Positions 8,936 through 16,418 of a stretch of DNA of 26,011 nucleotides are shown here, piece after piece; the stretch's first letter is position 1; the number at the start of each line of letters is the position of its first letter. Under the pieces are notes generated by a model. It was not told the origin of the DNA. It searched no databases and saw only the letters and a list, made by a program, of their open reading frames with translations. The stretch lies in NCBI GenBank assembly GCA_035482595.1, contig DATHQQ010000423.1:1-26011 (forward strand), given 5' to 3'. A program made the translations under genes and the position numbers. This stretch comes from Verrucomicrobiia bacterium. Its GTDB lineage: Bacteria; Pseudomonadota; Alphaproteobacteria; Dongiales; Dongiaceae.

Positions 8936-9565
8936 ATGCTGCTGCGCGCCTATGCCCTCGGCATCTTCCCGATGGCCGAGCGGCGCGGCGACGACGAGAT
9001 CTACTGGGTCGATCCGGAGCGGCGCGGCGTCCTGCCCCTGGATGGCTTCCATCTGCCGAGGCGCCTCGGCCGCACCATCCGCCAAGCCCGCTTCGAGATC
9101 CACTGCGATTCCGCCTTCGACCGCGTCGTGGAGGCCTGCGCCGAGCCCGATTTCGGCCGGCCGGAGACCTGGATCAACTCGCCGATCGAGCGCCTCAGCG
9201 CCCAGCTCTTCGCGCTGGGCTATGCCCATAGCGTGGAATGCTGGCATGGCGGCAAGCTCGCGGGCGGGCTCTATGGCATTTCGCTGGGGGGCGCCTTCTT
9301 CGGGGAGAGCATGTTCAGCCGCGAGCGTGATGCGAGCAAGGTGGCGCTCGCCCATCTGGTGCTGCGCCTGCGCTTGGGCGGCTATCGCCTGCTCGACACC
9401 CAGTTCATCACCAGCCATCTCGCCCAGTTCGGGACCATCGAGATCAGCCGGGCCGATTATCGCCGGCGCCTGGCCGACGCCATCGCCGTCAAGGCGCAGT
9501 TCTACGGCGAGGTGCCGCCCGACGCGCTGGCGGCATTCTTGCAGTCGAGCACCCATAGATCATAG
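8936..9565 (+). CDS. aat: Leucyl/phenylalanyl-tRNA--protein transferase
   Basis: [66 protein letters not shown]. The true start may be upstream, at CTG 8885. Confidence 0.95.
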   Translation: MLLRAYALGIFPMAERRGDDEIYWVDPERRGVLPLDGFHLPRRLGRTIRQARFEIHCDSAFDRVVEACAEPDFGRPETWINSPIERLSAQLFALGYAHSVECWHGGKLAGGLYGISLGGAFFGESMFSRERDASKVALAHLVLRLRLGGYRLLDTQFITSHLAQFGTIEISRADYRRRLADAIAVKAQFYGEVPPDALAAFLQSSTHRS

Positions 9566-9912
9566 ATCGGGTTGTCCATGGCCGAGAGGGCCGGGCTGGA
9601 GGCGAACATCCAGCCGGAGAAGAGAGGGCGCGGCGTCTCCCCGGGGCGGGCCTCGACCACCTCGAGGAAGGCCGCACTCTCCGGCGTCTCTTCCGGCGAG
9701 TGCTTGTCGCAGGCCCGGGCCGTGATCTTGAGCGCCCCGAAGGTGACCGTCTTGCCGATGGGCGCCTCGAAGGTGGAGACATGGGCAGTGATCTTGTCGA
9801 GCCCGCCGAGCACCACGATCTGCATCGGCGCGGCCCCAGCGCGGGAGACCAGGGCGCTGGAACTCAGGCCTAGGCTCAGGGCCAGCCCCAGAACCGCCGC
9901 CGGCGCCCGCAT
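9502..9912 (-). CDS. DUF2155 domain-containing exported protein
   Basis: Signal-peptide-like N-terminus; [54 protein letters not shown]; usual position between mlaD and aat. Confidence 0.88.
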   Translation of the reverse strand: MRAPAAVLGLALSLGLSSSALVSRAGAAPMQIVVLGGLDKITAHVSTFEAPIGKTVTFGALKITARACDKHSPEETPESAAFLEVVEARPGETPRPLFSGWMFASSPALSAMDNPIYDLWVLDCKNAASASGGTSP

Positions 9913-10146
9913 CTACTTCGCCTTCCCATAGGGGTTTTCGAGGGAATCGACCAGCTGGCGCAGAACCAGGCGCAGCTGATCCTCGGAGCAGCCCATGAGC
10001 AGCCCATCCTCCAGCGCATCCTGGGCGAGCTGGCGAATCTCCGCCAGATTCTCGTTCAGCACCTTGATCTTCTCAAAGCAGGACAGCGGCTTGCCGTCGG
10101 GCTGGCGCCAGACCGGGAATTCCGGCGCTGTCGTATCGCGGGTCAT
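9913..10146 (-). CDS. Small hypothetical protein (77 aa)
   Basis: Natural-looking amphipathic sequence (PDGKPLSCFEKIKVLNENLAEIRQLAQDALEDGLLMGC); GGAGG/AGAGG upstream on the minus strand; its TAG directly abuts the DUF2155 ATG. Confidence 0.78.
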   Translation of the reverse strand: MTRDTTAPEFPVWRQPDGKPLSCFEKIKVLNENLAEIRQLAQDALEDGLLMGCSEDQLRLVLRQLVDSLENPYGKAK

Positions 10147-10289
10147 GCCTCTTTAGAATCCTCCGAACGACGGGACAATGCCCCGGCTTGATGTCGGTTT
10201 CAAGGCGGGCAAGCACAAGGGCGCCAGCGCCAGGCAGCCCCTACTCCGAACAAAGGTGCGGACAAATTGTTCAGAAATCGCGGCGTCCG

Positions 10290-10793
10290 CTATTGCCCAC
10301 CCGACGTCTGCGCCGGGGGCTGCTCGGGCTGTTCCGACTTGGGCTTCGGCTTGCCGCCGGTGCTGCCGAAGATATAGCGGCCGATCAGATCGCCGATATT
10401 GATCGGGTCCTGGGTCGCGACGATCTGCCCGCCGTCGGGGATGAGCTTCTCGTCCGCGCCGGGCTCGATGGCGATGTAATTGCTGCCGAGAAGACTGTCC
10501 GAGGTGATCTTGGCCGTGGTGTCGACGGGTAGCTTGACGTCCCGCTCGATGCTCAGCCGGACGATCGCCAGATAGGTGTCCGGGTCGAGCTTCTCGGCGA
10601 CGACACGGCCGATCTTGATCCCGCTCAGGCGCACTTCGCTGCCCAGCGCAAGACCGTCGATGCGGTTGAACTTCGCCGTCACCTGATAGCCGTCGACATG
10701 CTGATAGCCGGAGTTGTAGGTGAAATAGAGGAACATCGCCGCGACGACCAGGACCAGGGCCCCGATCACCGTCTCGATCACGCTGCGGTGCAT
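10290..10793 (-). CDS. mlaD: Outer membrane lipid asymmetry protein MlaD (MCE domain)
   Basis: IETVIGALVLVVAAMFLYF anchor, AKFNRIDGLALGSEVRLSGIKIGRV, PVDTTAKITSDSLLGSNYIAIEPG, TQDPINIGDLIGRYIF. Confidence 0.92.
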   Translation of the reverse strand: MHRSVIETVIGALVLVVAAMFLYFTYNSGYQHVDGYQVTAKFNRIDGLALGSEVRLSGIKIGRVVAEKLDPDTYLAIVRLSIERDVKLPVDTTAKITSDSLLGSNYIAIEPGADEKLIPDGGQIVATQDPINIGDLIGRYIFGSTGGKPKPKSEQPEQPPAQTSGGQ

Positions 10794-10816
10794 CCTCTGG
10801 ACCTCTCTCGGCGCGC

Positions 10817-11203
10817 CTAGCTGGGCGTGCGGGTGCTGGGCGCCGCCGAATCAGGCGACCAGGCCTGATAGTCGCCGGTGGCCGCCGCGCGGCGTCCGCC
10901 GGCAAGCGTGTGACCCGGCGGGCGATAGGCAAGAGGGGTGCCTGTCAGATTGGGCAGATGGGGCTTCATCCACTCATAGTGCACCGGCTTCACTTCGGTC
11001 GGCGGCTCGGCCTGGGTGCCATGCAGCCAGCCATGCCATTCGGCCGGTACCTTGGAAGCCTCCGGCTGACCGGCATAGACGACCCAGCGTCGTTCGCGCT
11101 TGCGCGCGCCGATCGGCCGGCCGCGATAGTAGCGGTTGCCGGCTGAATCGCTGCCGACATAGGTTCCGTGCAGCCAGGTGAAGAGACGGGTCCCGAAAGA
11201 CAT
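10817..11203 (-). CDS. NDUFA12-family (complex I 17.2 kDa subunit-like) protein
   Basis: Start MSFGTRLFTWLHGTYVGSDSAGNRYY at 11203; RRWVVY, EASKVPAEWHGWLH, WMKPHLPNLTGTPLAYRPPG, GDYQAWSP. The ORF-track extension to 11461 is not supported. Confidence 0.92.
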   Translation of the reverse strand: MSFGTRLFTWLHGTYVGSDSAGNRYYRGRPIGARKRERRWVVYAGQPEASKVPAEWHGWLHGTQAEPPTEVKPVHYEWMKPHLPNLTGTPLAYRPPGHTLAGGRRAAATGDYQAWSPDSAAPSTRTPS

Positions 11204-11360
11204 GGCAGATCCATTGTTGCTCAGCCACTTGCCGGGCTTGGGCGCCTGGCCGGGGCGGCGAAATATGGCATTGCCGCCCGCGGACTGTCCAGTCATGCTG
11301 CCTGCCGGCTGCGCGGCAGGGCCTTGGTGGCAAGGGCTTGGGGGCCAGTGGGGGTAGGGA

Positions 11361-12263
11361 TTGTCTCGAGGCGCTGACGATAGCGCAGGGCCCGGGGCGC
11401 AGCAGGGGCTGGGGCTCGTCCTCATCTTCCTGACCACCGCCTGCTTCGCCTGCATCACCACCTTCTCGAAGCTCGCTTATGCGGACGGGTCGAATCCGGA
11501 GACCCTGATGCTGCTGCGTTTCGTCGGCTTCGCGGCCTTCATCCTGCTGTTCCAGCGGCTGCGCGGACGCCCGATCCGGCTGGAGCCAGGCATGCTGCTG
11601 CCGATATTCGGCATGGCCTGTTTCACGTTGATGCTGTCGGGCGGCTATCTCGTGGCCGCCTCCTTCATTCCCGTGGGGCTGGCGGCGGTCCTGCTCTATA
11701 CCGCCCCCTTCATGGTCGCGGCGGTCGCCGTTCTCATGGGACGGGAGCGCATGACGATTCTGAAGGGCGCCACCATGGCGCTGGCCTTCGCCGGCCTGGT
11801 CATGGCCGTGGGGCTGGATCTCAACCATCTCGATCTGCGCGGAGTCGCGGCCGGGCTGACCGCCGCCGCCGGGCTGGTGCTGGTCATCAGCCTCGGCGGA
11901 GTCTGGATGCAGCGCCACGACCCGCTGGTCATCTATCTCTTCGCCAGCCTGCTGCTGGTCCTCCCGGTCGGCCTCTATCTCTTGGGGACGGGTAATTTCC
12001 ATCTGCCGCCGACTCGCCTCGGCCAGATCGGAGTCGCGGGCGCGACGTGTTTTTTCCTCGCCGGCAATCTTCTCTGGGCCCTTTCCATGCGGCTCGTACC
12101 GCCGATTCGAATGGCGGTGATCCTCAATCTCGAGACACCGATCACCATCGCCCTCGGCGCCGGGGTGCTGGGCGAAAGGCTCGGCTTGTGGCAACTTGCC
12201 GGGGCCGCTCTCGTCGTGGCGGCCATCATGGCCCTGACGGTGCTCGGCCGCCGCTCCCGCTAG
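11361..12263 (+). CDS. DMT/EamA-family transporter
   Basis: 300 aa, about 10 hydrophobic segments in two repeats (FSKLAY..G.NP..L..LRF; LLYTAPFMVA; LNLETPITIALGAGVLGERL). Start codon uncertain (TTG). Confidence 0.9.
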   Translation: MSRGADDSAGPGAQQGLGLVLIFLTTACFACITTFSKLAYADGSNPETLMLLRFVGFAAFILLFQRLRGRPIRLEPGMLLPIFGMACFTLMLSGGYLVAASFIPVGLAAVLLYTAPFMVAAVAVLMGRERMTILKGATMALAFAGLVMAVGLDLNHLDLRGVAAGLTAAAGLVLVISLGGVWMQRHDPLVIYLFASLLLVLPVGLYLLGTGNFHLPPTRLGQIGVAGATCFFLAGNLLWALSMRLVPPIRMAVILNLETPITIALGAGVLGERLGLWQLAGAALVVAAIMALTVLGRRSR

Positions 12264-12280
12264 CTATAGAGCGGCCATTC

Positions 12281-12296
12281 CTACTATATATAGTAG
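12281..12296. promoter_or_regulatory. NrdR box 1
   Basis: ctaCTATATATAGtag matches the acaCwAtATaTwGtgt consensus core exactly; part of a perfect 18-bp palindrome (12280-12297); upstream of nrdJ. Confidence 0.75.
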
Positions 12297-12313
12297 GTTA
12301 CCCTGCTGAATGT

Positions 12314-12325
12314 TGCAGCGCAGCA
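12314..12325 (+). promoter_or_regulatory. PhaR-type motif between NrdR boxes
   Basis: TGCAGCGCAGCA fits the recalled PhaR consensus TGCRNYGCASMA at every position and resembles the site upstream of the phasin gene in this window. Confidence 0.4.
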
Positions 12326-12338
12326 CAATATGTTGCGG
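12323..12338. promoter_or_regulatory. NrdR box 2
   Basis: gcaCAATATGTTGcgg; starts 42 bp (about 4 helical turns) after box 1. Confidence 0.75.
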
Positions 12339-12403
12339 AAGAGTGTCATTACAGCGGCAGTTTTCTGTTGATCCCCACCACGGCTTGAGGCACACTCTCC
12401 CTA

Positions 12404-12431
12404 TTGTGGGCGGCGCTAGTTAGGATACAAT
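12404..12431 (+). promoter_or_regulatory. Candidate sigma70 promoter of nrdJ
   Basis: TTGTGG (12404-12409) - N16 - TACAAT (12426-12431), about 100 bp before the ATG. Confidence 0.45.
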
Positions 12432-12440
12432 AACTAGCGT
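12425..12440. promoter_or_regulatory. Degenerate NrdR box 3 overlapping the candidate -10
   Basis: ataCAATAACTAGcgt; two core mismatches to consensus. Confidence 0.45.
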
Positions 12441-12527
12441 CGCCTTAAGCGCCTAAGGGCCCAAGTTAAAGTGATTTCTCGGGTTTTGGCGCCGGGGCTG
12501 AAGTCGGACGGCCAGAGGGGGATTACG

Positions 12528-15500
12528 ATGCGGATCGAACGGCGCTACACGGAAACCGGCAAGTCGCCTTATGCGGGAATCGAGTTCCGCACCACGACCT
12601 CGGAGATCCGCAATCCGGACGGATCGGTGGTGTTCCAGCTCAAGGACATCGAGGTCCCGGCCGACTGGTCCCAGGTGGCCTGCGACGTGCTGGCCCAGAA
12701 ATATTTTCGCAAGGCGGGCATCCCCCAGCGCCTGAAGCCCGTGACCGAAGCCGATATGCCGGTCTGGCTCTGCCGCCACGCCCCCGACGAGCCCGCCCTG
12801 GCGGTCCTGGACCCGGCCCAGCGCATGGGCGGGGAGACCAAGGCCACTCAGGTCTTCGACCGTCTGGCCGGCACCTGGACCTATTGGGGCTGGAAGGGGG
12901 GTTATTTCGACGGCGAGGCCGACGCCCGCAATTTCTATGACGAGATGCGCTACATGATGTGCCGGCAGATGGGCGCGCCCAACTCGCCGCAATGGTTCAA
13001 CACGGGCCTGCATTGGGCCTATGGCATCGACGGCCCCGCCCAGGGCCACTACTACGTCGATTACCGGACCGGCAAGCTCGTGGCCTCCGAATCCGCCTAT
13101 GAGCATCCCCAGCCCCATGCCTGTTTCATCCAGTCGGTCGCCGACGATCTGGTGAACGAGGGCGGCATCATGGACCTTTGGGTCCGCGAGGCGCGGCTGT
13201 TCAAATACGGCTCGGGTACCGGCTCCAATTTCTCCAAGCTCCGGGGCGAGAACGAGCGCCTCTCGGGCGGCGGACGCTCCTCCGGCCTGATGAGCTTCCT
13301 CAAGATCGGCGACCGCGCGGCGGGCGCCATCAAATCGGGCGGGACCACGCGCCGGGCCGCCAAGATGGTGACGGTCGATCTCGACCATCCCGATATCGAA
13401 TCCTACATCGACTGGAAGGTGGTCGAGGAGCAGAAGGTGGCCGCCTTGGTCGCCGGTTCCAAGCTGGCCCAGAAGCATCTCAACGCCATCATCCAGGCCT
13501 GCAGCGCCGAGACCGGCGAGGGGCGCCTCGATCCGAAACAGAACAAGGCGCTGCGCAAGGCGATCCGCGCCGCCCGCGAGTGCCATATCCCGGAGAGCTA
13601 TATCCGCCGGGTCATGCAATTCGGCGAGCAGGGTTATGACCGGATCGACTTCCGGACCTATGACACCGATTGGGATTCGGAGGCCTATCTGACCGTCTCC
13701 GGCCAGAACTCCAACAATTCCGTGCGCATCCCCAACGAGTTCATCCATCAGGTCCAGGCCGATGGCGAGTGGAAGCTCTACCGGCGCACGGACGGCAAGG
13801 TCGCCAAGACCCTGCCCGCCCGCGAGCTGTGGGAAAAGATCAGCGGCGCGGCCTGGGCCTGCGCCGATCCCGGGGTGCAATACGACACCACCATCAACGA
13901 GTGGCATACCTGCCCAGCCAGCGGGCGGATCAACGCCTCCAATCCCTGCTCGGAATACATGTTCCTGGACGATACGGCCTGCAATCTGGCGTCCTTGAAC
14001 CTGATGACCTTCCGCCAGCCCGACGGCGGCTTCGACGTCGTGAGCTATGAGCATGCCGTCCGGCTCTGGACCATGGTGCTCGAGATCTCGGTGCTGATGG
14101 CCCAGTTCCCCTCGCGCGAGATCGCCCAGCTCTCCTACGAGTACCGCACCCTGGGGCTGGGCTACGCCAATATCGGCGGGCTCCTGATGACCATGGGCCT
14201 CGGCTATGACAGCGCCGCCGGCCGCGCCTTCACCGGCGCCCTGACGGCGATCATGACCGGCGTCGCCTATGCCACCTCGGCCGAGATGGCGGGCGAGCTC
14301 GGCAGCTTCCCCGGCTATGAGCGCAACCGCGAGGCGATGCTGCGGGTCATGCGCAATCACCGCCGCGCGGCCTATGGCTTCACCGGCGGCTATGAGGGTC
14401 TCGCCACTTTGCCCGTGCCCCTCGACGCCCCGAACTGCCCCGAGGCCAGCCTGGTCACGGCGGCCAAGCGGGCCTGGGATCTGGCGCTGACCCTGGGCGA
14501 GCAGCATGGCTATCGCAATGCCCAGGCCACGGTCATCGCGCCCACCGGCACCATCGGCCTGGTGATGGATTGCGACACCACGGGGATCGAGCCGGACTTT
14601 GCCCTGGTGAAGTTCAAGAAGCTCGCCGGCGGCGGCTATTTCAAGATCATCAACCGGATGGTGCCGCTCGCGCTCCAGACCCTGGGCTACAGCCAGGCGG
14701 AGATCGAGGAGATCATCCGCTACGCCGTCGGCCATGGGACGTTGGAGAGCTCGCCGGGCGTCAATCACGCAGCGCTCCGGGCCAAGGGCTTCACGGCTGC
14801 GGCGCTCCAATCCCTCGAGGGCGCGCTTGCCGCCGCCTTCGACATCCGCTTCGCCTTCAACCGCTACACTTTGGGCGAGGATTTCGCCACCAAGACGCTG
14901 GGCCTCACCCCCGCCCAGCTCGACGATGTTTCCTTCGACATGCTGGCCGCGCTGGGCTTCAGCAAGGGGGATGTCGAGGCGGCCAATACCTACTGCTGCG
15001 GGGCGATGACCCTGGAGGGTGCGCCCTATCTGAAGGAGAAGCATATCTCCATCTTCGATTGCGCCAATCCCTGCGGGCGCATCGGCAAGCGCTTCCTCTC
15101 CGTGGAGAGCCATATCCGCATGATGGCGGCGGCCCAGCCCTTCATCTCCGGGGCCATCTCCAAGACCATCAACATGCCCAATGTGGCCAGCGTCGAGGAT
15201 TGCAAGCAGGCCTATATGCTGTCCTGGGAGCTGGGGCTGAAGGCCAATGCCCTCTACCGCGACGGCTCCAAGCTCTCCCAGCCCCTGGCCTCCGCCGTGC
15301 TCGGCGACGATGCCGAGGATATCGAGGAGATCATCGAGGCGCCGGCGGGCATTCGGGCGCCGATGGTGGCCGAGCGGATCGTCGAGCGGATCATAGAGCG
15401 CGTGGTCAACGCCGGACGGCGGCGCCTGCCCAATCGGCGCAAGGGTTATACCCAGAAGGCCATCGTCGGCGACCACAAGGTCTATCTCAGGACCGGCGAA

Positions 15501-16316
15501 TACGAAGACGGGCATCTGGGCGAGATCTTCATCGACATGCACAAGGAAGGTGCGGCCTTCCGCAGCCTGATGAACAATTTCGCCATCGCCATCTCCATCG
15601 GCCTGCAATATGGCGTGCCGCTGGAGGAGTTCGTCGAGGCCTTCACCTTCACCCGCTTCGAGCCCTCGGGCCTGGTCGAAGGCAATGACGCCATCAAGAT
15701 GGCGACCTCCGTGCTCGACTACATCTTCCGCGAGCTCGCCATCAGCTATATCGGGCGCAACGACCTCGCCCATGTGCAGCCGAACGACCTGCAGCCCGAT
15801 GCCATGGGCAGCGGCGTCAGCGAGGGCGAGATGACGGCCCTCGACGAGACGGAAGCGGCCATCGATGCGGTCAAGCGGTATGCCAGCACCGGCTATGTGC
15901 GCAACAACCTGGTCGTCTTCCACAACCACGCCCATGCGCATGCGGCCCATGCGAACGGGGCCAACGGCCATGGGGCGAGCGCCAACGGCCACGCCAATGG
16001 CAATGGTCACGCCCATGCCCACGCCTCGGAAGAAGGCGGCACGACCGTCATGGCCGAAGCCAGCGGTGCGGGCTACGCGGTCGCCTCGGGCAATGGCATC
16101 GCCGTCGCGGTGGCCTCGGTCAACGGGATTGGCGCCTCGGTCATCGTCGAGCCCCATGTGGCGGCCGCCGTGGACGCCAAGCTGGACCGGATCCGCGAGG
16201 CCCGCCTCAAGGGCTACGAGGGCGACGCCTGCGGCGAATGCGGCAACTTCACCTTGGTCCGCAATGGAACCTGCATGAAATGCACAACCTGCGGATCGAC
16301 CAGCGGCTGCTCCTAG
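12528..16316 (+). CDS. nrdJ: Vitamin B12-dependent class II ribonucleotide reductase (long form with TSCPD domain and C-terminal Cys cluster)
   Basis: [67 protein letters not shown] (radical Cys), [33 protein letters not shown]-terminal [28 protein letters not shown]; GAGGGG RBS before ATG 12528. Confidence 0.97.
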   Translation: MRIERRYTETGKSPYAGIEFRTTTSEIRNPDGSVVFQLKDIEVPADWSQVACDVLAQKYFRKAGIPQRLKPVTEADMPVWLCRHAPDEPALAVLDPAQRMGGETKATQVFDRLAGTWTYWGWKGGYFDGEADARNFYDEMRYMMCRQMGAPNSPQWFNTGLHWAYGIDGPAQGHYYVDYRTGKLVASESAYEHPQPHACFIQSVADDLVNEGGIMDLWVREARLFKYGSGTGSNFSKLRGENERLSGGGRSSGLMSFLKIGDRAAGAIKSGGTTRRAAKMVTVDLDHPDIESYIDWKVVEEQKVAALVAGSKLAQKHLNAIIQACSAETGEGRLDPKQNKALRKAIRAARECHIPESYIRRVMQFGEQGYDRIDFRTYDTDWDSEAYLTVSGQNSNNSVRIPNEFIHQVQADGEWKLYRRTDGKVAKTLPARELWEKISGAAWACADPGVQYDTTINEWHTCPASGRINASNPCSEYMFLDDTACNLASLNLMTFRQPDGGFDVVSYEHAVRLWTMVLEISVLMAQFPSREIAQLSYEYRTLGLGYANIGGLLMTMGLGYDSAAGRAFTGALTAIMTGVAYATSAEMAGELGSFPGYERNREAMLRVMRNHRRAAYGFTGGYEGLATLPVPLDAPNCPEASLVTAAKRAWDLALTLGEQHGYRNAQATVIAPTGTIGLVMDCDTTGIEPDFALVKFKKLAGGGYFKIINRMVPLALQTLGYSQAEIEEIIRYAVGHGTLESSPGVNHAALRAKGFTAAALQSLEGALAAAFDIRFAFNRYTLGEDFATKTLGLTPAQLDDVSFDMLAALGFSKGDVEAANTYCCGAMTLEGAPYLKEKHISIFDCANPCGRIGKRFLSVESHIRMMAAAQPFISGAISKTINMPNVASVEDCKQAYMLSWELGLKANALYRDGSKLSQPLASAVLGDDAEDIEEIIEAPAGIRAPMVAERIVERIIERVVNAGRRRLPNRRKGYTQKAIVGDHKVYLRTGEYEDGHLGEIFIDMHKEGAAFRSLMNNFAIAISIGLQYGVPLEEFVEAFTFTRFEPSGLVEGNDAIKMATSVLDYIFRELAISYIGRNDLAHVQPNDLQPDAMGSGVSEGEMTALDETEAAIDAVKRYASTGYVRNNLVVFHNHAHAHAAHANGANGHGASANGHANGNGHAHAHASEEGGTTVMAEASGAGYAVASGNGIAVAVASVNGIGASVIVEPHVAAAVDAKLDRIREARLKGYEGDACGECGNFTLVRNGTCMKCTTCGSTSGCS
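15921..16026 (+). repeat. His/Ala/Asn/Gly low-complexity tract inside NrdJ
   Basis: Encodes [35 protein letters not shown] with repeated (A)NGH and HAHAH units. Confidence 0.85.
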
Positions 16317-16380
16317 GCAGCCGCTTTCTCGGGCGGCGCGGCATCGACCACTGTAGCCAAGCGCCTCCCTTCTCTCACTG

Positions 16381-16418
16381 AGCCGGGCCCGTCGGGGGAA
16401 GATGGGCCCGGCTTTTTA
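16381..16418 (+). terminator. Rho-independent terminator of nrdJ
   Basis: AGCCGGGCCCGTC - 7-nt loop - GATGGGCCCGGCT followed by TTTTATT. Confidence 0.85.

Noticed and set aside
12445-12470. CtrA box in the nrdJ leader (two TTAA words)
   Set aside because: Spacing does not fit TTAA-N7-TTAA.
12264-12527. Cobalamin riboswitch upstream of B12-dependent nrdJ
   Set aside because: No B12-box or GGGAA-type conserved elements seen; the region is explained by NrdR-type boxes and a promoter.
12453-16157. 1234-aa antisense ORF opposite nrdJ
   Set aside because: Mirror of a strongly GC3-biased gene; no recognisable motifs; typical shadow ORF in high-GC DNA.
12528-16316. Intein or group I/II intron in nrdJ (a common host gene)
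   Set aside because: No C/S...HN-C/S/T splice junctions or LAGLIDADG motifs; core motifs are contiguous; the extra length is a low-complexity linker.
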